This document shows, piece by piece, positions 38,005 to 47,946 of a DNA stretch of 64,000 nucleotides. This stretch comes from a virus (taxonomy: Duplodnaviria; Caudoviricetes): IMG/VR virus record IMGVR_UViG_3300045596_000094, positions 64,001 through 128,000 of that record; one strand, written 5' to 3'. The notes beneath the pieces are model-generated. The model saw only the letters and a list, made by a program, of their open reading frames with translations. It searched no databases and was not told where the DNA came from. The translations under genes were made by a program, and so were the position numbers. The stretch's first letter is position 1. Each line of letters starts with the position of its first letter.

Positions 38005-39591
38005 TTATCGTTTAATTTTACGTTGAACTTCCTCGATGATCTCTTTGTGAGCTGGATCGAGAATAAATGTACCACTTGCATCTATACGTGCACAACCAGG
38101 TAGGCGAGAACGACCAGTAGGATCTTTACTTGGTAAGTTCATTGCTGCACCGTGAGTTAGAATAGACGCATCTGCCACCTTACTATCATCAAAGGACGCA
38201 CTGCCGTTTGTGTTGGATGTGGTTTCTGTTTGAAGTAGGGTGATCGAAGTGATTTTGTGTAATAAGCAATCCGATGCAGAACTCACGGATTTAACTTCGG
38301 AATGTCCAGAGTTAACACGGAGGATCTGATTGTATTTCAGATTACGCGTTAAGAATGTTTGTAGGTCTTTTGGTTTGACCTCACCCTTAGCGTTCATTTG
38401 CTTTTGGATAGCAAATAGAACATTTGATATACCGTTAATAATATCTTCATTAACATAGCGATTCACAACCAGTCGTTTTCCAATCAATGAGGAAATCGTA
38501 TCACTGGTATTCGCTACAGCTGTTGGGAAGATATCGATCAATAAGAAGAATAGATCGTATATCGTTTCGATTCCTGGGTAACCACCGTCGGCTAACCATT
38601 CTTGAACCAATCCATCAACATAACCATCCACGGATGAGATGTGTGTATTGATCTGATTTAAAATCTTACCATCAGAATCTCCTGGTTGGAAGATTAACTT
38701 ACCAAGTAGGATTCTCCAAAGGTTGGTTGAATTCAAATCGGCAATCGTAACACGATCAGGGAATATATCTGCCACGTAGAAGAATGTTGCTGCTAGTGTT
38801 TTAGCAACATGATTATATTGATGTCGAGGGATAAGTAAGGCTACATCCGAACGGGATACAAAAGCACTACGCGCACCAAATTTACGACCGGCGGAAGTGA
38901 CAGTTACCCATTTAGATACAGGATACTTTTCTGAACTGAGTTCAGAAATCGGTATAGCCTGTATATCTACACCAATGCGTTTGAATGTTTCCATCACACC
39001 GAATTTGGCGAATAAATAATGTCCCATTGTTGAGAACATGTTATTGCGTGATTTGACATTATAGACTTGAGACCAAACAACGTAAGTTGTCTCTCGATCA
39101 CCATCTACGTTGATACTGCCTGTGAACTTCTTGAACGTGAGCTTTGCTCGGTTCATGATAATAAAGATAGAATCCCCACGTACAGATAAAGCTACATCGG
39201 CAATCACTGGCGAGATTCCGAACTTAGCATTTTTAATTGTAGTGATGCCACCTTGTTCCACATAGAGCATGTACATGTTGTGGATTACATCGATACCATC
39301 TACTGAGAATCGATATGCCATCATGTAAACATTTGACTTGGCGACGTCATAAATGTTACGTGTACCGCCTCGGCGTGAGGCTTTTACAATGTTAAACTCT
39401 TCCAAAGGACTCAATCTTCTTGGCGGGGAATGGTATTGAATATTTGGTGGAAAGTTATGTGCGATTTGTCTAAATAGACGATCGATGTATTCTTCGTTAT
39501 TTGCCATCTGGCTAACCGCATAACCTTCTGCGATTTCTGGCGTAAACTTAGGCATCTGCTCATCTATTAGATCAAACAACGAATTATCCAT
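38005..39591 (-). CDS. Non-virion RNA polymerase beta-like subunit (phiKZ gp123-like)
   Basis: Motifs P.F...IA.G, LSP.EEF, YD.A.S..Y, ISPV.AD, HYLF.K.G, FFYV.D.FP.R, LWRILLG, DPTGRSR; synteny downstream of the major capsid gene. Confidence 0.8.
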   Translation of the reverse strand: MDNSLFDLIDEQMPKFTPEIAEGYAVSQMANNEEYIDRLFRQIAHNFPPNIQYHSPPRRLSPLEEFNIVKASRRGGTRNIYDVAKSNVYMMAYRFSVDGIDVIHNMYMLYVEQGGITTIKNAKFGISPVIADVALSVRGDSIFIIMNRAKLTFKKFTGSINVDGDRETTYVVWSQVYNVKSRNNMFSTMGHYLFAKFGVMETFKRIGVDIQAIPISELSSEKYPVSKWVTVTSAGRKFGARSAFVSRSDVALLIPRHQYNHVAKTLAATFFYVADIFPDRVTIADLNSTNLWRILLGKLIFQPGDSDGKILNQINTHISSVDGYVDGLVQEWLADGGYPGIETIYDLFFLLIDIFPTAVANTSDTISSLIGKRLVVNRYVNEDIINGISNVLFAIQKQMNAKGEVKPKDLQTFLTRNLKYNQILRVNSGHSEVKSVSSASDCLLHKITSITLLQTETTSNTNGSASFDDSKVADASILTHGAAMNLPSKDPTGRSRLPGCARIDASGTFILDPAHKEIIEEVQRKIKR

Positions 39592-39600
39592 TTGCTGTTC

Positions 39601-40950
39601 CTAGGCAGTTTTGAGTTTATACAACGTGATTGCTGTTGTGGCAATCCCGATAACAGCCACTAGAAGTTTACCACCTAGCTCCATCATTCGTGCTCGGTGA
39701 CCTCTAATCTGTTCCTCCATCTTCGCTTTATGGGTGAACTCAGCTTCTTCTCTTGCTTTTCGGATCTTCTCCTCCTCAGCAATCGCTTTCTGTCTGTTCA
39801 TTTCCGTAATGCGAATCTGTTCTTGATGTTTGGCTTCAGTCATCTCCTTATCTTTCAAGAACTGGTCTTCATTTTTTCGCTTCTCATTTTCTATACGCGC
39901 TTGCTCTAAGATCTGATCATTTCTGGTCTTTTCTAGATTTAATGCCTGAGTCGCTTCAGCCAGTTTTGTTTTGGTATGTTCTGTTTCCAATTTACTTTTC
40001 TGGATTTCCAATTCAACAGCCTTATCCGGATTACCGTATGTCTTAGCTGCTGCTGCGGAATCAAATAAATGTAACGGACAACTCGGATCACCAAACGCAT
40101 AATGGTCACAACTAATGTCTTTCACTTTACCACCACGAGCTAGAGCGCGCTTACGAATAAAGATACCAGTTGGCTCATTTGGATTATGGCAGTTAGGAAT
40201 TCGAGTCACATCACCACCGATATTGATGAAGATATTATTACTATCCATTCCATTCACATAGATCTGATGTGTGATGGCTTGTTGTATTGTGATATCTAAA
40301 CCTAAAGCTATTAAAGTTTCCACAGAAGTATTTGGATGAATTACTAACGGTAGGTCGTAATCTTCAGCAACCTGGATAGTCATGAGTACCATGTCAGAAT
40401 GTGGATCATAAATAGCACCCCCCAATTCATTAATTACTTCGTTGAAATCACCGATTAAGAATTGGTGGATTTGATTGCTTTGTTGTTTCTGTGTATCACT
40501 CGACCTTGGGTTTTCGTAATAATATTTAGAAATGTCGCTGTCCTGTAACGAAGGTACTTGTTGGTAACGTTTATAAGCACGTGTAGCCGTATTGCCGTGC
40601 TGCACTGCTTTGCTACTCACCACTTCTATTAGAACACCGCGATGAGGTAAGTGCCCATCGTATTCTGGTGGGCATGGTGGTATTACATGAACACGGTTGT
40701 ACTTATCGAGACATACTAATGGTTCTTCCGTGTAATTAATCACATTCACCTGATTTCCAGCACTGCCAGGTACTTGCGAGGTTGCCAGTATATGCCCAAC
40801 TGTTCTGAGACTATAGGTCTCTAAAAGAAGACCATCTGTTCCACCATACGCCTTTACCCCAGAAAGATGATTTCCTGGAATAAAAGAAGCTTTGGTTTTT
40901 GTGACAAAGTCCTGTTCCGAGATACGCTCAGGAACTCGATATTTAGCCAT
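39601..40950 (-). CDS. Conserved protein with C-terminal coiled coil and hydrophobic tail (phiKZ gp122-like by position)
   Basis: LF.S...A.T.G.P motif, E/K-rich helix, terminal LLVAVIGIATTAITLY. Confidence 0.65.
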   Translation of the reverse strand: MAKYRVPERISEQDFVTKTKASFIPGNHLSGVKAYGGTDGLLLETYSLRTVGHILATSQVPGSAGNQVNVINYTEEPLVCLDKYNRVHVIPPCPPEYDGHLPHRGVLIEVVSSKAVQHGNTATRAYKRYQQVPSLQDSDISKYYYENPRSSDTQKQQSNQIHQFLIGDFNEVINELGGAIYDPHSDMVLMTIQVAEDYDLPLVIHPNTSVETLIALGLDITIQQAITHQIYVNGMDSNNIFINIGGDVTRIPNCHNPNEPTGIFIRKRALARGGKVKDISCDHYAFGDPSCPLHLFDSAAAAKTYGNPDKAVELEIQKSKLETEHTKTKLAEATQALNLEKTRNDQILEQARIENEKRKNEDQFLKDKEMTEAKHQEQIRITEMNRQKAIAEEEKIRKAREEAEFTHKAKMEEQIRGHRARMMELGGKLLVAVIGIATTAITLYKLKTA

Positions 40951-40999
40951 AGAGTTTCTCCATAATTCTTATTACGATAAAGATTATTTCTTTATCAGT

Positions 41000-41034
41000 A
41001 TTCAAGATAATAATGTATATTTGAAAATGCTTTA
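41000..41034 (-). promoter_or_regulatory. Early-type phage RNAP promoter motif
   Basis: 29/35 identical to the repeat at 47438 and 60652; upstream of the operon containing the non-virion RNAP subunit. Confidence 0.7.
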
Positions 41035-41076
41035 ATTGGAATAATTCTACGGCAAAATAAAATGACGGCATAAATA

Positions 41077-41106
41077 AAGAAGACGAGCCAAACGGCCCGC
41101 CTTCTT
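41077..41106 (-). terminator. Intrinsic terminator after the major capsid gene
   Basis: Minus AAGAAGGCGGGCC-GTTT-GGCTCGTCTTCTT then TATTTATG; two G-U pairs fix the strand. Confidence 0.75.
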
Positions 41107-41127
41107 AGAGTTATGTTAAGTAATAAC

Positions 41128-43347
41128 TTAGTTGATTTCCACGCCGAATTCAACACGGTTACCAGCAGCTTGCTCAAGACCTTCGATGTTTAACCATACC
41201 AAGATTGGTAGTAAGCAAACATGTAGGTTACGAGCTTGTACTTGTGTAACTTCAGTGTTAGAACCGTTGTAGTTCAATACCGCATTTGTAACAAGTTCAG
41301 GGATGTTAGCCATGATACCGAAGCTCATTACGTCAACATCAGAAACATTCGGACGAGCGAATGTACAAACGATTTGGTTACGCATACGAACGTCGTAAGA
41401 AACTACCACTTTGTTAGGGAAGTTCAATACAACACGTGGGTCGCCTTCAGTCATTAAGTACGCCGCAGTTGTTGGGTCAGTACCAATGATTACTGTAGGT
41501 TTTTGACCAGCAGTACCGTTGATTGCATCAAGAGCAGGTTGATAACGAGATTCAGTATAAACAGCATTCACTGCGTAGCGAACTTTGTTTGTGATTACTG
41601 AAACAACGTCATTGTAACGGTGCTGTGAGCTTGGGCTAGAGATTACGTCTGCAATGTTCAATGTTTCTTCATGAAGAGCAGGACGAACCATCAAGCGACC
41701 GAAACCTTCGATTTGCGGAGCTGGATCAGTTGGAGAACGGTAACCTACTTGTGGTACAACTACACGTAAAGTGTCACGTACTTCATGAAGTTTAGTTACA
41801 GCGTTCAAGCTGTTACGTAAACGGATTGCGTTCAATGGACCAGCCAAGTCGTTTGCAGTTGCTGTATCTGTAATCGGCTTACGTAAGCTGATAGGAGCAG
41901 ATAAAGGAATCATGTAACGAACTGTTTCTTCAACAGAGTCGATAAGAAGACCAAGTTGACGACGGTTTAAGTTTGCACGGAATGCTTTAACTTCGTAACC
42001 AACCAATTCAATTGAAGTGATTTTGCCGTTCAATTCATCAAGAGTAGTTTCATCTTTGATGATGTCGTAAGTGCCGTCAGTAGCGTCTACTGTACGAGCT
42101 TCACCAATACGTGCAGCAGCAGGGTTTACATTGATGCTACCGAATTGAAGATCACCGTGACCAGAGATAGTCGTGCGGAATTTCAATTTAACGTTATCGA
42201 ATGGTGCAGCATGTAAGAATGCCAATGCAGCAGCAGGGTTACCAGCGATATCTTTAGTGTCGCCATCAACTAACAAGTCAGTGATAGGGAAATCAAGATT
42301 CACGCGGCGATCACGGTGTTGCTGTGATTTAAGGAAGTTGTTTCCGTTGAATGCAGTTGTGTCGAACGGAATAACTGAAGTACCGTTAGCAGTTACAACT
42401 TTGAAGTAAAGTTTAACAACATTGATAGCATGGTTCAATGCATCAGTTTCGTCTAATTTACCAGGGATCTTCTCGTTCATTGACAAGCCGATCAAATTGA
42501 TATCTTGACCAGGACGCAAAGGAGCAGTCGTGATCTTAGCACCACCGTTACCAACGATTTCTTTCGGTGCGATCAAAGTTTTGTCAGCAAACAGCATTTC
42601 GCTTTTCGCATCACCAACAATTACTTGTGGGTAAATACGAGTAGTGTCGTCAAGAAGGATCGAGCTATCGCTTACCGCATCAAGAAGGTTGTGGTATTCC
42701 CAACCAGTGTATTGGCCAGTTTGTGCGTGAGTTACTTCACGATAAACAACAGTACGGCGAAGTTTAACTTCTAAGCCGTTTGTATCTGGGTTCAATGTAA
42801 CAGTTTTAAAGAACGCTTCAGAGAATTCGTCCTGATGCGCAGATGCGAATGCAAAAAGAACGTTATAACCTTTAAGTTGTTCAATGTTTGTTGCGTCAAA
42901 TGCTTCTGTAGAGACATTAGCAAGTAAATGCGGATATGCTGCAGAGTTAGGATGAATTACATCAATCCCTTCTTGAGATGCAACAGCAGTGCTCATTGCA
43001 CGGTTGTGATACGCTTTAGCGTCACCAGATACAGCAGCAGCAATAATAGTTGCAGCTTCGATCTGAGCGTCAGTACCAGCGCCGCCAAAACCAAGGCTAG
43101 CACCTTCTTGAGAAACAGCGCTGTCACCGAATGCTACTTTGAACATATTTTCAAGGCTAGTTGCGAGGTCTTGCATACCTTGTTGAGCGCCATCAGTAAG
43201 TTGACCACCAACGCTTACAAAGTTCATTGCTTCTGTAGAGATAGATGGTGCAACAGAACCATGCTTACCTAAACTTGCATTAAGGCTTTTATGAAGAGAA
43301 ACAAGGCCGGTCTCGTTTCCGCGGTTACGGATGTTTAAAATTGACAT
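41128..43347 (-). CDS. Major capsid protein (phiKZ gp120-like)
   Basis: 739 aa; propeptide with S-x-E sites ending VSTE|AFD; QDEFSEAFFKTV, TAPL..G, R.NLNRRQLG, VIIGTDP, H...LP; strongly biased codon usage. Confidence 0.9.
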   Translation of the reverse strand: MSILNIRNRGNETGLVSLHKSLNASLGKHGSVAPSISTEAMNFVSVGGQLTDGAQQGMQDLATSLENMFKVAFGDSAVSQEGASLGFGGAGTDAQIEAATIIAAAVSGDAKAYHNRAMSTAVASQEGIDVIHPNSAAYPHLLANVSTEAFDATNIEQLKGYNVLFAFASAHQDEFSEAFFKTVTLNPDTNGLEVKLRRTVVYREVTHAQTGQYTGWEYHNLLDAVSDSSILLDDTTRIYPQVIVGDAKSEMLFADKTLIAPKEIVGNGGAKITTAPLRPGQDINLIGLSMNEKIPGKLDETDALNHAINVVKLYFKVVTANGTSVIPFDTTAFNGNNFLKSQQHRDRRVNLDFPITDLLVDGDTKDIAGNPAAALAFLHAAPFDNVKLKFRTTISGHGDLQFGSINVNPAAARIGEARTVDATDGTYDIIKDETTLDELNGKITSIELVGYEVKAFRANLNRRQLGLLIDSVEETVRYMIPLSAPISLRKPITDTATANDLAGPLNAIRLRNSLNAVTKLHEVRDTLRVVVPQVGYRSPTDPAPQIEGFGRLMVRPALHEETLNIADVISSPSSQHRYNDVVSVITNKVRYAVNAVYTESRYQPALDAINGTAGQKPTVIIGTDPTTAAYLMTEGDPRVVLNFPNKVVVSYDVRMRNQIVCTFARPNVSDVDVMSFGIMANIPELVTNAVLNYNGSNTEVTQVQARNLHVCLLPILVWLNIEGLEQAAGNRVEFGVEIN

Positions 43348-43408
43348 TTTTGTGTCCTTTAGTCCAATTGATCAAATGGAGTTTGTTGGTAGTTGACAAT
43401 ACCTAACA

Positions 43409-44023
43409 TCATAACATCGCTGTTTTCACATGTGCTTGAAACACAGCCGTGCTCGCGATTTGTTTGATGTTAAAGAATTTACTGAGCTGATTCAGGACTG
43501 CTATAAATGTATCTGCTAAAGTAGTGTTAACTTCTGCTTCAGCTTCAACAGCAACCGCGTTTAATCGCACTCCGTATGTATGGCCTTTAATAAGGAATAT
43601 TTCTGGTACATACAATTGCATAGGTACTGCGACATCTTTATCCATATCATTACTGTTTAACGTAGGGCTGCCAGTAACGAATTGGTCGGATACAGGTTTC
43701 GCTTGTAAAACTAATCCATCGATTGTTCGTTGTAAACGAATGGCAACCTCTGGTTGTTTGTCACGTAATACACTCATAGGTTCTGCAGACCAATCGAAAG
43801 ATTGAAAAGAATCAATAAGTGGCGACAATAAATTTTTAGGGCTTTCTGGATTGTATAGGTGACCCAGAGAAACATAACTCGCTACAGTTTCGAGTCCGAA
43901 TGTTTCTATCAGTTTTTCCAGATCTAGAAGATCCGAGACAAATAAATCGTTATGCTCTAGATGTTCATACATCAACCCAGGTACGAACACTAATTGAGCG
44001 TCTAGACATTTCATATTAATCAT
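43409..44023 (-). CDS. Conserved protein upstream of the capsid gene (phiKZ gp119-like by position)
   Basis: ORF between DnaB and MCP, as in phiKZ relatives. Confidence 0.6.
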   Translation of the reverse strand: MINMKCLDAQLVFVPGLMYEHLEHNDLFVSDLLDLEKLIETFGLETVASYVSLGHLYNPESPKNLLSPLIDSFQSFDWSAEPMSVLRDKQPEVAIRLQRTIDGLVLQAKPVSDQFVTGSPTLNSNDMDKDVAVPMQLYVPEIFLIKGHTYGVRLNAVAVEAEAEVNTTLADTFIAVLNQLSKFFNIKQIASTAVFQAHVKTAML

Positions 44024-44041
44024 ACCCGTAAGGAGTCGAAA

Positions 44042-45583
44042 TTGGATACTAAACTGCTACTTGTGCGAATCATTACTCTATTATTCATAGAGTCGCACTT
44101 AAACAAAAAAGGAAATTCCAATTCCCGCGTAATTGTGCGCGACGCACTCTCATATATTAAAGCACCCGAAGCAGCGGTGATTGCTGATTTATCTAAAGAC
44201 TCTACTGCAAAATTACGTGACGTTATTGTTTGGCTTTTAGAACTTCCTTCAAACGAAGAAGTGGATCGCGATGATTTATTAAATCGTGTACGTATCGCAA
44301 CCGCTGAAGAAGAATATATTTTTGAATCTATCTTTGCGAATATTGGTAACCCGCAAACAGACGAACCAGAAATGAAACGTATCGCTAAACGCGAACGTGA
44401 TGAAATCAATATCTTTATTAACCGTTCTTTGGTTATGGGCATTGTTAAAGAAGCATATCAACTCTCACACTACAAACCTGATGCGGTGGATTGGTCAAGT
44501 TTCTCTAAGGAGTTAATCAATAAGTTAGAACCGTATAAAAGTTTGGCTGAACGTGATTCTGCAACATTAGTAGAATCTATCGATTTGACAGATCCGAAAA
44601 GTTTGGCTGAATCGTTTAGAAATAGTTTATCTGAAATTAATCCGGAAGGTATTATTAAATTTGGTTGGCAGGGTTTCAACCGTATGTTCGGTGAACAGGG
44701 CGGTGGTCGTCGAGGTGAATTTATTGTTCTTGGTGCTTTGCAGCATAACTTTAAATCAGGTACGTCTTTAGAGATGGTAAAAGCTGCGGCGCTATATAAC
44801 CGTCCATGGATGATTGACCCCAGTAAGAAACCTTTGATTCTTCGTTATAGTTTTGAGAACTCTGCAATTGTAGATATCATGCATATCTACAAATCGTTAG
44901 TAGAGGCTGAAACGAAGATGATTGTAGATCAAAATACTATTGATCCGATTGCTGCAGCTATTTACGTCGCTGAGAAATTGGGTGTAAATGGTTACTCGGT
45001 TCAAATACAACACCATAACCCTTCTGACTTTACTTACTCTAAACTCTTTGATGATATTGAAGCTTGGGAAAATAAAGGATATGAGATTCATATGTTGAAT
45101 CTGGATTATCTCGCTATGATCTCAACTAAAGGCTGTAAGCAGGGTGCAACGGGTCAAGACATTCGCGACCTATTTAGACGCGTTCGTAACTTTACTTCAG
45201 CGCGTAAGATCTTAACGATCACTCCACACCAGTTATCTGTAGACGCTAAGAAGAAAACTCGTGAAGGGGTGGAAGACTTTGTACGTGAAATTGCGAACAA
45301 AGGTTACTGGGATAGTTGTTCTACAATTGACCAAGAAGTCGATATGGAAATCTATCAACATCTTGTAGTGATCAACGGTGAAACGTACGTGACCTGGATG
45401 CGTGGTAAGCATCGTAAATCTGGTACACCGACACCGCATGAACATTACTACACCGTTTACAAGTTTGCGCCAGTTGGATTTATTCCAGATGATGTATTAG
45501 GTGCAGATATGTCACGTAAACGAGTAGCCGCAGCTACGGCTTCTGATGGAGGTCAAACCGCATGGTTCGATATGGCAGCGTAA
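44042..45583 (+). CDS. dnaB: DnaB-like replicative helicase (phiKZ gp118-like)
   Basis: GWQGFNRM.G..GG.RRGE, variant Walker A GALQHNFKSG, SFEN, LDYL, TPHQLS, QEVD, RGKHR; TTG start with TAAGGAG SD. Confidence 0.9.
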   Translation: MDTKLLLVRIITLLFIESHLNKKGNSNSRVIVRDALSYIKAPEAAVIADLSKDSTAKLRDVIVWLLELPSNEEVDRDDLLNRVRIATAEEEYIFESIFANIGNPQTDEPEMKRIAKRERDEINIFINRSLVMGIVKEAYQLSHYKPDAVDWSSFSKELINKLEPYKSLAERDSATLVESIDLTDPKSLAESFRNSLSEINPEGIIKFGWQGFNRMFGEQGGGRRGEFIVLGALQHNFKSGTSLEMVKAAALYNRPWMIDPSKKPLILRYSFENSAIVDIMHIYKSLVEAETKMIVDQNTIDPIAAAIYVAEKLGVNGYSVQIQHHNPSDFTYSKLFDDIEAWENKGYEIHMLNLDYLAMISTKGCKQGATGQDIRDLFRRVRNFTSARKILTITPHQLSVDAKKKTREGVEDFVREIANKGYWDSCSTIDQEVDMEIYQHLVVINGETYVTWMRGKHRKSGTPTPHEHYYTVYKFAPVGFIPDDVLGADMSRKRVAAATASDGGQTAWFDMAA

Positions 45584-45608
45584 AGAAAAAATAAAAGGTA
45601 TAAATCTA

Positions 45609-45640
45609 ATAGAGACTAGACCCTAGGGTCTAGTCTCTAT
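45609..45640. terminator. Perfect 32-bp palindrome (CCCTAGGG family), probable bidirectional terminator
   Basis: ATAGAGACTAGACCCTAGGGTCTAGTCTCTAT between convergent genes. Confidence 0.8.
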
Positions 45641-45671
45641 GTTGAGCTTATGTGTGAATTGCTTGTTCTTA

Positions 45672-45878
45672 CTACCCTAGTTGTACTTTACCGCGGGTAG
45701 TCGATAGGAACCCACTCTGATAGGTCGGAATCTCACCGTTAGAAATATCCATTTCCATTTTAGAAATGGATTCTAATTTACGATACAATAAACGTTTCTT
45801 ACGCTCATTGGTTTCTTTATCAATGTTCATTTGTGTTTGTTGCTTTGCTTTCGCAAGTTGAGAGATGTATTCTGTCAT
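45672..45878 (-). CDS. Small basic hypothetical protein (68 aa)
   Basis: AAAGGA SD, co-oriented with the island genes. Confidence 0.65.
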   Translation of the reverse strand: MTEYISQLAKAKQQTQMNIDKETNERKKRLLYRKLESISKMEMDISNGEIPTYQSGFLSTTRGKVQLG

Positions 45879-45889
45879 GGTGGTTCCTT

Positions 45890-46375
45890 TTAGCAGATAA
45901 TGTAAACCGGGGTTAGGGGGTCGAAAGCTATTTCTAAGTTTCGAATAATGCAGTTGATCACAGTGGATCTTGAATATAGACCATTACCACCACAATCGAA
46001 CCATACACGTTTTAAGTCCTGCCCACGCATATTGTCGATTTGGTTTTTCAAGTTCTTAGAGTTCATGTTGAGATATCGAACTTTAAGTTTCTTATCGCCA
46101 TTGATATTGCGGATATTCTCAATCGTACCTTCGACCTCAGTTCCATTGACACCAACATAGATGTCAGTTGCGGGATTGAAAAGTCTTACGATTCGTTCGG
46201 TAGAACCAGTTTGTCTACCTGTGAGATGTGCGAGGATGCGAAACTCTTTAAGCCCTGTCTCTCGATCGCATCCGATCTGTGGGATCATTGACTTTACATT
46301 TTCTTCAGCTTGAAGAATAATGCTTTCTATTTGCTTGAGTTGGAAGTAACGGTTTACACCCGATAACGTTGTCAT
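45890..46375 (-). CDS. Small protein with degenerate P-loop (GRQTGST)
   Basis: LAHLTGRQTGST resembles GRQxGKT; RVWFD is a Walker-B-like strand. Confidence 0.55.
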   Translation of the reverse strand: MTTLSGVNRYFQLKQIESIILQAEENVKSMIPQIGCDRETGLKEFRILAHLTGRQTGSTERIVRLFNPATDIYVGVNGTEVEGTIENIRNINGDKKLKVRYLNMNSKNLKNQIDNMRGQDLKRVWFDCGGNGLYSRSTVINCIIRNLEIAFDPLTPVYIIC

Positions 46376-46417
46376 GTATTTACCTATATGAGTAAAAAGT
46401 TGATAACTAAGATGCGC

Positions 46418-46445
46418 AATGCATAAACCCTAAGATCTATGCATT
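46418..46445 (-). terminator. Hairpin, degenerate member of the CCCTAGGG family
   Basis: Minus AATGCATAGATC-TTAG-GGTTTATGCATT pairs fully using G-U. Confidence 0.5.
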
Positions 46446-46453
46446 ACAATGGG

Positions 46454-47377
46454 CTATTGAAATTTATAGGTGATGCTATCACAATCGAAATCTGGGACAT
46501 GTTCTATATCATCGAGATTAGCTTCGATAAGTAGTAGCCACCATAGATCGGGACCAGGTTGACCACACTGCTGTTTTCTTTCTACCTGCGTGTAATAGGT
46601 CTTACCTTCGTATTCTACCACATAACGAATAACCCCATTGATACTCACAGCATCAGGGGATGCGTAAGGTAAAGCAATTACATTTGCGGTATACGCCTTA
46701 CGGTAAGTACCATTAGCGTGAGGTGCGCTCATTACCGTTAATAGCTCGAATAGATATGGGCGTTGATGGTAGTGAAGTTCTAAAGGATTTTTGATAAAGT
46801 CCAAACGAATGTCGTGATTCAAAACACTGAATTTACCACTATGGATGCGTGATTGAATCAGATCAATTGCAGGAAGGATAATTTCGTTTTTCACTGTATC
46901 GTCCTTTATCGGTTCTCTTTCCATTGGTTGATCTTCTTTAGTTTCAGTTTTGTATACATTTGGTAGTGTTGCATTTAGTCTACCTATAATTTCAGCATAA
47001 TCTTCACAGAAATAAAGTGAGCCGTGCTCCAGTTCTATATTACGCGGATGATAGCCTGTAATAATTACACATGTGCGTGTGAGTGACTGCAATTGCGGAA
47101 CCCCTTTTAACACTTCGGAAAGTGCAAGAACTACATCCTTTTTAGATTGGTGCGTATTTTCAGTCAGATTTATTTCAATTACATTCGCGTAACCGGGTTT
47201 TATATTAGAAATAATGATGTTGATCAGACTTATAGATCTAGCCGCGCTGACAGTGGGCGCTGTGTACTGTGCTCTTTTAGTAATTAGCGGATGCAGTTCT
47301 ACTGGGTTGAACGCCATATCCGGAACAAGACTCATTTCGTCGTGGTTTGATTTTGAAATATAAAATTCGATAGTCAT
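46454..47377 (-). CDS. Hypothetical protein (307 aa)
   Basis: GAGGA SD; first gene after the promoter repeat. Confidence 0.8.
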   Translation of the reverse strand: MTIEFYISKSNHDEMSLVPDMAFNPVELHPLITKRAQYTAPTVSAARSISLINIIISNIKPGYANVIEINLTENTHQSKKDVVLALSEVLKGVPQLQSLTRTCVIITGYHPRNIELEHGSLYFCEDYAEIIGRLNATLPNVYKTETKEDQPMEREPIKDDTVKNEIILPAIDLIQSRIHSGKFSVLNHDIRLDFIKNPLELHYHQRPYLFELLTVMSAPHANGTYRKAYTANVIALPYASPDAVSINGVIRYVVEYEGKTYYTQVERKQQCGQPGPDLWWLLLIEANLDDIEHVPDFDCDSITYKFQ

Positions 47378-47437
47378 GGTGTATTCCTCTAAGGATTAAT
47401 TTAAAGACAGTAAATGAAAGGGGTTGTTAATGCCCTG

Positions 47438-47472
47438 ATTCAAGTTTATAGTGTATATGTGAAAATATTTTA
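47438..47472 (-). promoter_or_regulatory. Early-type phage RNAP promoter motif (35-bp exact repeat, copy 1)
   Basis: Minus TAAAATATTTTCACATATACACTATAAACTTGAAT, identical to 60652..60686. Confidence 0.8.
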
Positions 47473-47485
47473 ATTGAGAACATAA

Positions 47486-47515
47486 ATAGAGTAGTGCCCT
47501 AGGGCACTACTCTAT
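47486..47515. terminator. Perfect 30-bp palindrome (CCCTAGGG family)
   Basis: ATAGAGTAGTGCCCTAGGGCACTACTCTAT, followed by TTATG on the minus strand. Confidence 0.75.
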
Positions 47516-47525
47516 GCGTTTATGT

Positions 47526-47942
47526 TTAAGTTGGTTCTACTGGATTATTCAAAATATTCATATTGACAACCCCTTTCTCAATACGGATAATATCGCCAGT
47601 GTATTTAGGCTTATTCCCGAAAAGTGTTTTAGGGTCGATAATTTCGAAGAAGCGGCATTTTCGCATAATCCCAGTAGATGAATGGCTGTCATAAGGAACA
47701 CCGATATAATGATGCCCATTGATCACTACCATACATGGAAGAGATATTAGGTCTAGGTCAGTATCCTTAACACCTAACACTTTAATTAATTTATCCCCTA
47801 AGATACGTCCGTTTTCGCCTATAGCAACAAACAGTCGGTCAGTGACTCTCGACAGGGTAAATTTCAGATCACCAATAATAGAGAACTGCCCGTTCTGTAA
47901 TGCTTCATTAACAGAACTGATAAACATTTCAGTATCTGACAT
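47526..47942 (-). CDS. Hypothetical protein
   Basis: Track ORF to 48068 overlaps tmk; likely start ATG 47942 (MSDTEMF) with GAGG/AGG SD. Confidence 0.7.
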   Translation of the reverse strand: MSDTEMFISSVNEALQNGQFSIIGDLKFTLSRVTDRLFVAIGENGRILGDKLIKVLGVKDTDLDLISLPCMVVINGHHYIGVPYDSHSSTGIMRKCRFFEIIDPKTLFGNKPKYTGDIIRIEKGVVNMNILNNPVEPT

Positions 47943-47946
47943 ATAC

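Noticed and set aside
40995-41177. 60-aa ORF overlapping the MCP end
   Set aside because: Runs through the terminator and promoter motif; no SD.
44020-44442. 140-aa minus ORF that could extend the gp119-like gene
   Set aside because: Antisense to conserved dnaB, different frame, Ser/Arg-rich shadow composition.
44728-44765. Apparently broken Walker A in DnaB (GALQHNFKSG)
   Set aside because: This variant is typical of phiKZ-family helicases, so it is not evidence of inactivation.
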